Below the pieces are notes generated by a model. It ran no database searches. It saw nothing but the letters and a program-made list of their open reading frames with translations, and was not told the origin of the DNA. Below, piece by piece: positions 13,084 to 25,139 of a DNA stretch of 64,000 nt. This DNA comes from Chrysemys picta bellii. Lineage: Eukaryota. The first letter of the stretch is position 1, and every line of letters starts with the position of its first letter. The DNA lies in assembly GCF_011386835.1 (NCBI RefSeq), contig NC_088793.1:49476001-49540000 (forward strand), written 5' to 3'. The translations under genes were made by a program, and so were the position numbers.

Positions 13084-14469
13084 CTACAGATGAGAGAAAG
13101 AAAATTAGCAATGCAGTGCTCATCGGAGCTGCAATTTCAGTTCTCCAACCTCTGGGAATATTTGAGGCCTTTTCACACCAAAATCACAATTCTTTACAAA
13201 ATAACAGTTTCAGATATGAAATGCAGCTCTAATTATCATATTAAAACAATATGGAATGAAACATAGACATATCACACTTGGGATACATATCTTTGATTTA
13301 GTTTGTTCCATATCTATTACATTGGTCTGTACCACCTTTTCCCGTGGCGTGTGCACTATAAGCACAATGAACCCTACACGTCATCCCGTTGAAATCAGAG
13401 ACTATTTCTTAGGGCCAGATTCTGATACCTTTACTCACACTGAGCACAGGTTATCTACCGGCAACTTTTATTGATTTCAGTGTGACAAGTCACTCAGAAC
13501 CGGGCTCTCAATAAGATTCTACTCATCTTGATCAAGTGTTGTACAAATGATCCCACAATCAGGGTCAGATTATGGAGCCTTTACATATGAGCAGCTACTC
13601 ACACAGGTAGTCCTACTGATTTCAGTGGGATTATCTCCCTAAACTGTTCAAAGAGGTTTGGGAACCTGTGGAAAGCAGGCAAACCACAAAGTAGAAATGA
13701 GGAGGGGAAGGAGAGTCACCTCCAGAATCTACTACATGTATATGGAGTACTCCCAGATGACCGATTAATGGAGCAGAATGAATGGTTGCCTTGGAGAAGG
13801 CTGTGCATTCATCCCTGATCACCAGCTGGAAAGTGAGTACCACAACAGTGGCAGCTGGGGGATGGTGAGAGAAAATAAATCAGGAAGGAAAACTGGTTGC
13901 CCCCATAACACGATGATGGCATCTGTCTATCCTTTGTTGCCTGGCGGATTTTCACTAGTACAAACAGAATATCAAATATCTGCATACAGAAAACCATATT
14001 ATATATCAGGAAAAACACTGAGTTGATAAAACTGTGTACTGATTACGGGAGAACACCATTTTCACATTTTTTTTGGTAACACTACAGCTTCAACTTTTAT
14101 CTGGATTGCAAGAACTGCAGATATTTAACTACTGCACCTCTGCCCATTATGGGTTCAACTCTGTTCCCAGTGCCAAAGCTCCCATTGACTCAAGGGGAAC
14201 AGAAACAGGCCATATATTCACACTCTTCAAAATGAAACATACAAGAAAATAAGTACTGACCACCTTAAGAAAGAGGTTTTCTATCCCCCATACTCTCCTC
14301 CTGCCACACAACCCCAGAGAATATGCAGCATTGCTCATCAAGAGGACTCTTGCATTTACAGTTATTTATAAGTAATCTGCAGCACTGCACGTGCCTGGTG
14401 AGGGCAGAGGAATACACTGGCTGTTAATTGCTGTCCCATTTATTTATTTGGATGTATGGGCAAAGAGGA

Positions 14470-14750
14470 AAAAAAGGTCTCCTATCCCAGGATCTAGGTA
14501 CCCTTCACAGTTTATTGAAAAAACAAACCAGGATAAAACCAAAAGCAACTACCGCCATTTTCAGCAAAAAAGAAGAAAAAATGCCCCACTTTTCCCAAAC
14601 ATTGCCCCACAAGCAATACACCTTTTCCCACTAGCCACTCTAAGAAGATATGTTTTGAAGGTTGACAAGTCAGAGCCTCTTTGGACCATATCCAGAAGCA
14701 AGTTCAGAAGGTCAGGGGCCCTGACTGAGAATGCCTTTCTTGCCATTATG
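14470..14750 (-). mobile_element. Ancient L2-like LINE 3' remnant
   Basis: Minus-strand translation RKAFSVRAPDLLNLL...DLSTFKTYLL resembles the L2 ORF2 end (RAFSVAAPRLWNSLP...FK..LKT.LF, recalled). Confidence 0.45.
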
Positions 14751-15698
14751 GCACCCTATGTATATTCTGCCCAAGTTGTTTAAATTCCGTTTAACAATAT
14801 TTCCCCGTATCTGTAAAACAAACCAACATTTAAGCACTGACATGCTACTGTGATGGGTACTACTTCAAACTCTGAAATACACAGATTTACTCTCTTTAAA
14901 ATTAGATTACAAAGAGAAGCTGAAGCTGCAACCTGGCAGGATAGGTTGGCTCAGGAGAGTGTTAATATGAGAGGGAGTCCTTTCTCCTCCATATTGTCAG
15001 TTCAACTCCAACTCATGTCGATGTTTACAGAAAACTGTTGTTATCTGGTTGCTGATAAGTGCTCTACTGCATGTGAAATGAGCTTGCTCATCTCAGTTCA
15101 TCTTTTAAACAGACAAGTGTCCTCACCCCCCACAAAAGCCATGATCCTGCAAACTCTCAAGCACATGCCTAACTTTACATATATGAGCAATCTCACTGAT
15201 GTCAATAGTGCTCATGGAGCAAAGGTATGAATGTGCCTAAGTGTCTGCAGCATTAGGGTCTAAATTAGCACTGCTTGGCAGACTCAGAGGTGATATCAAG
15301 CACTGAATGGGCATACAGACTAAACCACCCTTTTACCTCCAGAAGTGTCTAATCCAAGACACAGGCTTATTGGTAGAGTGAAGAAGCTTGCACTTCCACT
15401 GCTCATTTTGTGCTTGTTCTGTGACTTTAGGGCATGATTCTCATTTACACAAAGGTCCCTTTACATCAGTCTGGGAGCGTAAAGGAGTCAAAGTAAATGT
15501 AAACTGCCAGAGCCTTAGTGTAAATGACAGTCAAGCCAAATAGCGCTCAGGATGATCAATGTGGTAAACTGATTTTACACAAGCACTAAATTTACTAAGC
15601 AAACCCATTGACATCCCATTTATTCCGCCGGCGAGACATTTTACTTTTAAATTGAACATTTACAATGAATGGGGTTAGCTGATCATACAAATGCATAC

Positions 15699-15825
15699 CT
15701 GCTTTTGAAGCTGCCCTGCATTTGGCAGGGGAAGTCACAGCACTGATTAGGTTACATAATGATGTTCCTCTGCTCTTCATTTTCTGAATTTCAGGTGCTT
15801 TTAAAGTCCATTCCTCTTCTAATTT
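15699..15825 (-). CDS. DST: Dystonin exon 19 ([15 protein letters not shown]...[14 protein letters not shown]...KA), 127 nt, phase 0-1
   Basis: ttactcag acceptor, G|gtatgc donor. Confidence 0.93.
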
Positions 15826-15899
15826 CTGAGTAACCAAAATGTAATATTTCAGTTTGTTCATTACATTTTTAAAAGGAACAAAATAATGTGACATACTTA

Positions 15900-16194
15900 G
15901 GGCTGGTCCACACTAACCCCCCAGTTCAAACCAAGATACGCAACTTCAGCTACGTGAATAACGTAGCTAAAGTCAAAGTATCTTACTTCAAAATACAAGG
16001 TACTTACCGCGGGTCCATACGCGGCAGGCAGGCTCCCCCGTCGACTGCGCGTACTCCTCTCGCTGAGCAGGAGTACCAGCGTCGACGGCGAGCACTTCCG
16101 GGATCGATTTATCGCGTCTAGACAAGACACGATAAATCGATCCCAGAAGATCGACTGCTTGCCGCCGAACCAGCGGGTAAGTATAGACGTACCC
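15900..16194. mobile_element. PIF/Harbinger-type MITE
   Basis: Termini gggctggtccacacta / tatagacgtaccc; 3-bp TTA duplication on both sides; CpG-rich with nested palindromes. Confidence 0.82.
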
Positions 16195-16623
16195 TTAGCA
16201 TGGAGAAAGGGATTCACAAGGCCTTTAGGGAAGATACTGGGCTTTTGGCCTGTGTAACGCATCATAAAACCCAAAGAATGGTATTACTGGCAGTGTCAGT
16301 GAGACTGCATGCTCTATTATCCTGACTGCTATGTATTGTAGAATATGGCAGGCTGCTAATTCTAGCAGAGTAAAAGGGGGAAAGTGGCACATAAGGCACC
16401 TTAAAATCTCTGGGTGTGTGGGTATCACCATGGAAAATACTAACACTTGATGCCTGCCAATTAAAAGAGAATATTCCTCCCAAAACATATAGATATATAA
16501 ATGACACTGCACAATATTAGAAACAAATTGAAAATCTTGTCTTTTAACTTCATGCTGTTATGTTATTAACAGCTGCCAAAATTCCATTAGCAATAGTATC
16601 CCTTCTTATATACAGTCTCTCAC

Positions 16624-16780
16624 CCTAATATCTTCCAATGGTTTCTTTAAATCCTCTGTATTTAAAGAGGGTTGCACAGCTGGAATCCTATCTGTTGTCT
16701 CATTCATCCATTTCTTTAAAGATTCTACAAGGAGCTTGAAAGTATCCATTTGTTCCTGACAAGATGATACATCCTCTTCT
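16624..16780 (-). CDS. DST: Dystonin exon 18 (EEDVSSCQEQMD...LEDIR), 157 nt, phase 2-0
   Basis: tgtctag acceptor, AGG|gtgaga donor. Confidence 0.93.
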
Positions 16781-17109
16781 CTAGACAATTAAAGACAGCA
16801 AGAGAACTTGAGTACAGAAAAACATTAATCATTCTGAAATTATATCAACAGAACTAAGTAATTATTGACCCAATCCTTCTGCCATTGAAGACAATGAGAG
16901 CTTAGTGACTCACTTCAATGAGTATGGAAGAGGCCCATGAATTTACAGTACAATTCAAAACTACTCTTATAACTAAAATTTTGTTAAAGTTATCTGCCTC
17001 AGGAAGGCAGATAATTAACAGTGGAGCTGAAAACCTCAAATATTTTCTAGTCAGTGATCCAATTTGAGATGATGAGACTTTGGGAAGCAAAACTCCATTA
17101 TATCCTCTT

Positions 17110-17303
17110 GTCTTGGGACTTATTAAATCTACCTTGTAACTTATATACATTATAGCTAACCATCAGTTGATCCTGAAGTGATATTTCAGTGGTGCTGATA
17201 AATTTTAAGTCTTGGGACTTATTAAATCTACCTTGTAACTTATATACATTATAGCTAACCATCAGTTGATCCTGAAGTGATATTTCAGTGGTGCTGATAA
17301 ATT
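17110..17303. repeat. Exact tandem duplication: two identical 95-bp copies, period 99
   Basis: 17110-17204 is identical to 17209-17303, separated by ttaa. Confidence 0.95.
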
Positions 17304-18359
17304 AAGTATACATAATCCTATGCAATAAAAGCAAGGACAGTGTAAGACCCAGTGCTTTGAAGATCACAATTTCATTCTGTGCTGTTGCAAGAAAACTCAT
17401 CAGTGGGAGAAGGGATGCGGAAAAGGGAGATATAATACATCAAATAAATAGAAAAAGTGTCTCTGACAGCAGCAATATAGAGAGATTAAACAAGGCGAGA
17501 GAATAGTGAGCAAATAAGAACTTTGCTCTAAGAGGAAACTTGTGGTAGTACATGTCCCCTATGTCCCAGCAGTTTGATACCACGGTGAAATAACAACCAG
17601 AGAACTGAGTGATGCCTAGATCATCAGAAAGTTTGGGATTTTGAAAAATCACTACATAACAATGTTTAAAAATCTGTTTCTTGGGAAGGCCTACCTAGCT
17701 ATCTTTCTATAGTGTCTGACACTGTACAATATCTAAGCATGATTTTCATACCCAATACTGTCATTGCCATCAATTACATGTGCACACTGAACGGAGACAA
17801 TATCCCATGGTGTAACTACTTTATTTTTGAGAAATCATTTTGAATATCAGTTCATTTAAAAGGGAATTTTACATGCCTTGGCAACTTGGTTGGTTTGCAG
17901 TTTCTGGACTGGACCAGAACCGGAAGCATGTGTGTCCTGGTCTCATTAATCTGATCTCAAACATATTTTGTGGGTATGTGCAACATTTGGAAAATCTAGT
18001 TTCTCTGTACATATGGCCCAATCATAATGTAAATTCATTCTTTTAGTTTTCCTTTCACCCTCTGCATTCCAATCATAACTTAATAGCAGCTTGCACATGC
18101 AGAACCTTGTATTTCATCTGAGAAGCAGTGCAATAGTTACTATTAGAACTGATAGCACTGCTGCAAATACCCTGGCAGGAGATGAAGATTGCTTTCTTTT
18201 TTGCTGACAATACCACCTTTGAACCATTTACCTTCAAACAGCCTATCTTTTTCTTAATCAGCACCATGCACTACATACAAAAGCATGACTTTCATTACAA
18301 AATGTATATTGTATTGCTTGCATATAAAGTGGAAATATGTTAATAATTATTGTACTAAC

Positions 18360-18526
18360 TTTTCCTTCACAGTCTCTTCCACTTCCTTGAACTTCTTTGT
18401 CAAGGCATTTAACTTTTCTAAAGCCAATGCTTTGTCCCCAGGGAGACCATGGACAGAAAGCTCTTCAAGAAGCTGATGCAAAACTTCAAGATCTTTTTTA
18501 TGATCTATCAACGCCATACTAGTTTC
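18360..18526 (-). CDS. DST: Dystonin exon 17 (ETSMALIDHKKDLEVL...ETVKE), 167 nt, phase 0-2
   Basis: tctacag acceptor, AA|gttagt donor; translated by hand; HGLPGDKALALEK resembles human HGLPSDKALVLEK. Confidence 0.93.
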
Positions 18527-18712
18527 CTGTAGAAATGAACAGAAAGTGCCAGTTTTATATTGGGCTCTATGATCAGTTGTTCAAAATTCAATCCTTGATC
18601 TTAGCTATTCTATTAAAGTTGGGAAACCAGCTTGTTATATTGACTGCACTACCATGAATTGAGTAAGTGAGGGCAGAAATCTACACTATGTGCAAATGGA
18701 GCTGTACAATAC

Positions 18713-19030
18713 CTGCATATATTGAGACACTTCAGTAACATCCTTTCCTGGAGCATCAGTCTCATTGAGAGCCTGAGTTTTCTTGTCTAAAAATGACTGA
18801 AGTTTTTCTGACAGGCTTTCAAACAACTCCACTTTGGTCTTCAATTCCTCCATCTTTGCAAGTTTCCCTTTGTGTCTGGTACTTGCTTCAGCAAACCGTA
18901 CAGAGAGCTCATTCATTCTAGCTTGCAGACAGGAGGCAGTGGATGGATCTGTTGTTTCTATGAATTTGTTCACTTTTTCATTCATAGCATTTATACTGCT
19001 TTGGCGACCTGCGATATCTTGCTCCAGCAT
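18713..19030 (-). CDS. DST: Dystonin exon 16 ([20 protein letters not shown]...SQYMQ), 318 nt, phase 0-0
   Basis: gtttcag acceptor, CAG|gtattg donor. Confidence 0.95.
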
Positions 19031-19106
19031 CTGAAACAAGCAACAATTATTGTGGAGGGGTTATAAAGAAGTCTTAAGAAATGACACTGATAACTCAGGT
19101 TCACCG

Positions 19107-19108
<2 letters not shown>

Positions 19109-19150
<42 letters not shown>

Positions 19151-19171
19151 GAAGAAGAAGAAGAAGAAGAA
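19109..19171. repeat. (TAA)14(GAA)7 compound microsatellite
   Basis: Counted directly. Confidence 0.92.
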
Positions 19172-20579
19172 CAATAAGAATAAGAAAAATTTAAAAATCA
19201 CAGAATAGAGGAATACACAGGAATATCAAAGAAAGAAATAGATGAGGCACTGAGAGGAATGAAGATTTGGAAAGCACCCAGACCAGATGGGTGCATAGAT
19301 TGTGGCTTAAATAACTTAATAAATGTTTGAAGAACAGATGTCCAAGATGGATGGAGACACGGAGAACCGTCCTCTATAAAAAAAGAAAGACGGCAGCAGT
19401 GATCCTATGAATTATAGATCAATCATGTGTTTGCAAACTATGTGGAAACTTCTACTGGCAATTCTGGCAAAAAAGATCTGGATAACACTAGCTTGTAATG
19501 GAATGCTGCCTCCTGAGCAAAACAGTTGCACAGTAAACATGAAAGGGAAAAAACACCCACCTCACACTCACTGAAAAGGAGGATCACAGAAGAAACAAAA
19601 AAAGAAAACTTAGAAATGGTGTGGCTAGGTTACCCAAAACCATATAACATTTGTGGATCATCAAGACACTGAAAATACATTAAGTTCATCCAAAGATCAT
19701 TTCCCTTCTGCAGCAATCTATGGTTAACTGGAACACTCGACTCTACCCGGAGGGGACTCTCATTGATGAGGTCCAAATTAAAAAAGGAATCTTTCAAGGG
19801 GATTCCTTATCGCCAGTGCTGTTCATAGTAGCAACACAGTGCAGCTGACATGGATGCTCTGTGAGATAAATTGTGATTATCATATCAGCAAAGTGCAACA
19901 ACCACTTAACCGGTCATTATAAATAAATGATCTGAAACTATACGGACAGTCATATAAGGATATACAGAGACTGATCACATGTCGAAAAGTTTGGTGAAGA
20001 TATCAAGCTACAGGTTGGTTTGGCTAAATGTCTGTCAGCATTTGTAAAGAGGGGCAAATCAGTGCAATGAGTGGCATACAAGTTAAAGAAGGCACCATCC
20101 AAGGTATGTCAGCATGGCTCCTACCAGTATCTTGGAATCAGGGAACTGTCAGAGTTCCAACACAATGAAGTCAAAGAAGAAGTGAGAACAGATTGAAAGT
20201 TTACACAGAAATAAATGCAAGGACAGTAGTGGAGAGAGATCGAACCCATTAGCAATAGAAGTTTAACAAATACATCGCTTGTAGAAGGGTACCTCAAAAG
20301 AGAGAAAGAGAACCTCATTATGAGTTCACAAGAGCAGCTCTTAAGGCTTAATTGCTTTCAAAACAAAATTGACTGACAGAACTGCTTTCTGAACTGCAGA
20401 ATGTTTTCCGAAAAGGAAGAGATGGTGGACCATGTGTTGAGCAGCAGCAGGAGCTGGGCTGGGAGACAATATATTAAAAGACACAATGAGGTCGCCAAGC
20501 ATATGCAGTGTAGCCTATGTGGCAAGTATGGAAATGAACCATGTGGTATTATGACCACTGAATCAAAAGTGCTCTAGAG

Positions 20580-20912
20580 CAGTGGTTCCAAAACTTGTTC
20601 CACCGCTTGCGCAGGGAAAGCCCCTGGAGGGCCGGGCCGGTTTGTTTACCTGCCGCGTCCACAGGTTCAGCCGATCGTGACTCCCAGTGGCTGCTGTTCA
20701 CTGCTCCAAGCCAATGGGAGCTGCTGGAAGCGGTGGCCAGTACGTCCCTCGGCTCGCGCCGCTTCCAGCAGCTCCCATTGGCTTGGAGCAGTGAACAGCA
20801 GCCACTGGGAGCCGCGATCGGCTGAACCTGCGGACGCAGCAGGTAAACAAACCGGCCCGGCCTGTCAGGGGCTTTCCCTGCACAAGCGGCGGAACAAGTT
20901 TGGGAACCATTG
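20580..20912. mobile_element. hAT (Charlie-type) palindromic MITE nested in the R4 element
   Basis: TIRs cagtggtt / aaccattg; TSD ctctagag / ctctagcg (NTCTAGAN target); near-perfect arms of about 155 bp. Confidence 0.88.
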
Positions 20913-21207
20913 CTCTAGCGAACGAAGAGACAAATATTTTAGGTATCTGGCAATTGTCACAGACCAAACAGGCTGGACGTTGTTGTTGTTGTCGAACAGA
21001 AGACAAACAAGACCATGTTAATAGATAGTGCCATAGCAGCAGACAGAAATATACAAAAGAAACAAGGAGAGAAGATAGAGAAGTACGAAGAACTCTGTCA
21101 AAAATCGCAATGATTATGGAAATCTAGAATAAAGATGATCCCAGTGATTACTGAAGCTCTTGGAGCGATCCCTAAAGTTATGAATGAGATGCTCAAGAAG
21201 ACATTAG

Positions 21208-21631
21208 TAGAGCCCTGTGCGGATACAAATTTATATCAGCAAATAGAAATCGGTATCCGCTGAACCGCAGGGCTCTCCGGGAACCGCAGTGATGAAAGAA
21301 GCAAAACGTGGAGCCATCGCTCCCAGGAGCCAGCGCCCGGCGCCGGCAGCTCCTTTGGGGCAGCTCTACCATCCCCAACCCTGCCCCCAGCCCTGTCCTC
21401 CGGTGCAGCTGTACAGACCCAGACAGGAGACACAGTCACGCAGACAGCTGCGTGGAAGGGACGGGGGCGGTACAGCTGTACCGGAGGAGCTGCCGGGGCG
21501 GGGCACTGGCTCCTGGGAGTGACGGCCCACATTCTGCTCCTTTCACCACTGTGATTCCCAGGAGAGCCCTGCCATTCAGGGGATACCGATTTCTATCCGC
21601 GGATATAAATTTGTATTCGTGCAGGGCTCTA
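21208..21631. mobile_element. hAT-type MITE nested in the R4 endonuclease region
   Basis: Long TIRs tagagccctgtgcggatacaaatttatatc / ggatataaatttgtattcgtgcagggctcta; TSD not cleanly recovered; the R4 reading frame resumes after it (LQKTVLTGNVRILRKV). Confidence 0.78.
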
Positions 21632-22136
21632 CATGTCAGGAGTGCCAGGTATCATGATCAGTGACCTCCAAAAGACAGTGCTCACAGGCAATGTAAGAAT
21701 TCTAAGGAAAGTCAAAGTGGAACGAGTGCATTTGAGCATTTAGAATACAGGAATTCTGCAGAGAGTTTACCAAGACTCTTGACTGCTAAAACCTATGGAG
21801 CCAGCACCTTGTCAGGATTAATTGGTGGCTCATGGGGAATTTGACAGTAACTTTCCCCCCTTATGCTTCAAAGTCTTGTATGTTGTGAAGAATGTTTTTG
21901 TTTTTTAAAATCCCCATGATGTAATACTGAGGAATAATAACAACAATACCCACCTTGTTCTTAAGAAGAAATAATTACAGTCCCAGATCCTGATATAAAT
22001 CAGGGTAACTCTACTTATTTCATAGTTTATTTTGTATCCATTAAAGGATTTGATCTGAGACTAAAATTATTTCTTGGAATTGTTAAACATTATCTGAATT
22101 AGTAGGCAAATGTTTACTTCAAAGAATGCTACTTAC

Positions 22137-22345
22137 AATATTTTTACTAATGATATCCTGAATAGCAGCAGAATTCAAAGGCATTTGACCTTGTTCTTCA
22201 AGGCTCTTTTCAACACCTCCCATCCAGTCAAGCATTTCATCCAAACCATCTTGCACGCTTAGGGAACGAGTCAACGTTATCTGGAGCTTCTCATTCCGTT
22301 CATTCACAGACTTGGATAAACTGTCATATCTGCCAACAATGTCAT
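22137..22345 (-). CDS. DST: Dystonin exon 15 ([37 protein letters not shown]...SKNI), 209 nt, phase 1-0
   Basis: tctttcag acceptor, ATT|gtaagt donor. Confidence 0.95.
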
Positions 22346-22449
22346 CTGAAAGAAATAAATAGAAAGGAAATCACTAAAAGTTTCCCCTTACATCTCATAA
22401 AATCATTGAGCCCAATCCTACAGTTCTAACTCTGTTTTTGCTCAGTCCT

Positions 22450-23237
22450 CAGTGGAGAGTTCTCTGAAAACATTCGTTCAATGGGCAGTGGCAATTAAAA
22501 AAGCTAAACAGAATGTTACAAACCATTAGGAAAGGGATAGATAACAAGACAGAAAATATCATAATGCCACTGTATAACTCCATGGTACGCCCACATCTTG
22601 AATGCTGCATGGAGTTCTGGTCACTCCATCTCAAAAAAGATATATTATAATTGAAAAGGGTACAGAGAAGGGCAACAAAAATGATTAAGGGTATGGAATA
22701 GCTTCAGTATGAGGAGAGATTAATAAGATTGGGACTTTTCAGGTTGGAAAAGAGATGACTAAGAGGGGATATGGTAGATGTCTATAAAATTATGAATGGC
22801 GTGGAGAAAGTGAATAAGGAAGTATTATTTACTCCTTTATATAACACAAGAACCAGGGATCACCAAATAAAATTAATAGGCAGCAGGTTTAAAACAAACA
22901 AAAGGAAGTATTTCTTCACATAATGCACAGTCATCATGGGGAACTCTTTGCCAGGGAATGTTGTAAAGGCCAAAACTACAGTGGGGTTCAAAAAAGAATA
23001 AGATAAATTCATGGAGAATCGGTCCATCAATGGCTATTAGTCAAGATGGTTAGGGATGCAACCCTATGCTCTGGGTGTCCCTAGCCTATGACTGCCAGAA
23101 GCTGGGAGTGGAGCACAGGGGATGGATCATTCGGTAATTGCCTGTTCTGTTCATTCCCTCTGAAGCATGTGGCATTGGCCACTGATGGAATACAGGATAC
23201 TGGTCAAACCCAGTATGGCCATTCTTATGTTCTTATG
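22450..23237 (+). mobile_element. CR1 LINE 3' fragment, same subfamily as 6607-7160, opposite orientation
   Basis: ORF2 C-terminal text (MVRPHLE..., GLFRLEKR) and a 3' end attcttatgttcttatg. Confidence 0.9.
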
Positions 23238-25139
23238 AGGCAGACTTCAGTGCGAACCTGCCAAGATAAGGGCCTCAGGATTTGCCCCTTGACAATACAC
23301 AATCAAAAGGCTGGATCTTCAGTTATGGCCAAGGAGCACATAGGACAACTCAGGGTGGGAGCAAAAGGTGGCTTAAAGCTTCCTTTTGCACTTCCCATTC
23401 CTGAAGCAACTGTTTGCAGGGCTGGTACCTGGGTACTCTAACTTATGACAGCTGTTAACAGCTCCAAAGGACTGAAACAGCAGCTAGGTATTAGTGAAGT
23501 ATAGGGCATCCCAATCCCACACTTTTTCCTCCAGCTATGCCCCTGTGCTGTCATCAGAGTAGGATGATGACATAAGAACTTGTATACCCGCTTTACACAA
23601 GGAGATGATCTGCCTTGTTCTGGAGTGAACCTCCCAAGGCTGGATACACTATTGGCCAGAATGCACTGGTTGTGTGACCCAAAGTGACCACATCATCTTG
23701 GAGGATCTAATTCCTAATGTATTAGCTCATCTAATCCATCCCCTTCTCTTTGCAATTGTACTTTAAAGAACATTTACTTATGCCTTGTCTCCTTTAATTT
23801 TAATGTCTCAAGTAATGATGATTCCAATTATTATTTAGACAGACTATTCCACAGGCTAATACATGTCATTAGTGGAAAGTTTTTCCTGGTAATCAGATTT
23901 TTTCCTCTTTCTTTTAATTTCACTCAACTGCTCCTAGTCATAACTCTCACTATTTTCTCTCCTTCCTTAGTGTTTACCTGTCAAATATGTTAATTAGTTG
24001 ACATGCCCTGCCCTTTGCAAGGCCAATTAGTCAACTTCTTAAATTAAAATATATTTTACAGTCCTCTCATTTTCAAATCTCAACATGTGAAATAATCAAT
24101 AATAATTCCCCAGCCAGCAAACAGGTTGCAACACAGTAAAGATCAATACAAGGATTATTTTTAATATGAGATTTTAAATACTCAATACTTAGATACAGTA
24201 TATATAAATATGAGGGAGTGAACAATTTAGATATACACCATTCTACCTATATCATCCTTGTAAATAGAGACAGGATGTTTACAGGCCCTCTCCAGCAGCT
24301 GTCCAGGAAGCCAGTGACTGTTCCGAGGGTGTTAAGAGGATTTTTACTGAATCTTGATCTGGGTCTGAGCCAGGACTTACTGATTGCTGGGAGTAGAATT
24401 CCTGAAGCTTGGAGTGCATGGGTATTTCTTCCCCTCTGATTTGTTTGGGACTGGGGTACAGTAAAGCAGCTGGACAACATGGATAACTCACTTAATTTGG
24501 GTAGTTGGCCTCATTGCCTTAAACAGGCCAAACAGTGTAAATTATAAAAGAGTTCTAGGTGACAGAAAGAAACAGAAGAAGCTGTCCCAAGGAGCTCCTG
24601 ATTCCTAGAGCTCAACACAGAGACCTTTGCAAAACAAGGTTTCTGTTTCTACTGACTGATTCTGACTGTGGCTTTTGTTATCCGTATGAAGGAAAATGAG
24701 TCCAGACCTGTCCTACTTTCTAAGTTGCAAAGACAAGTACATACTCTCAGAAAGCCCAGAGATAGTTTTCTTTTTCAGCCTTTACAGCTTCAGAACTATA
24801 TCTGTCCATCTACATTGATACCAAGCCTTCCAAAAGGTATATACATATCAAATATCTATCTTTCAGACAGTAAATAAACAGCTAGGAAGACAAAGAGAGA
24901 AAAATACAGGAAAAGTTACCAACCAAACTGAAAATTCACTTAAAAAATATCACAGGTAAAGAGTGTAAATGCTAGAGAAAACACCAGCTGAGCATAAGCA
25001 AGACAGGAGGTTTAATAGAAGATTTTAATAAAGAAATTTGTAATCCGGACGATGTTAAACAGATGTACTCCACTGACTTCAAGGTTGAAACTAGGGAATT
25101 AAAGGATTAAGCCTGCATATCCATCTTTTCATTGTATCT

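Larger units (their letters stand above)
19190..21948 (+). mobile_element. 5'-truncated, decayed R4/Dong-clade non-LTR retrotransposon (RT, zinc knuckle, restriction-like endonuclease)
   Basis: RT motifs WKAP.PDG, NYRSIMCLQTMWKLL, KKGIFQGDSLSPVLF (about 19780-19830), NDLKLY, YQYLGI; CCHC remnant CRMF...DHVLSSS...Y..RHNEVA; RLE remnant NRLDVVVV...LIDSAI...EKIEKY...IPVI..ALG.IP; tail aataataacaacaata. Confidence 0.82.

Noticed and set aside
14755-14812. Good-looking acceptor (ttgttttacag) between exons 19 and 20; one frame reads GEILLNG
   Set aside because: The required phase hits a stop after six codons, no convincing donor follows, and the true NGEG exon is at 13021-13083.
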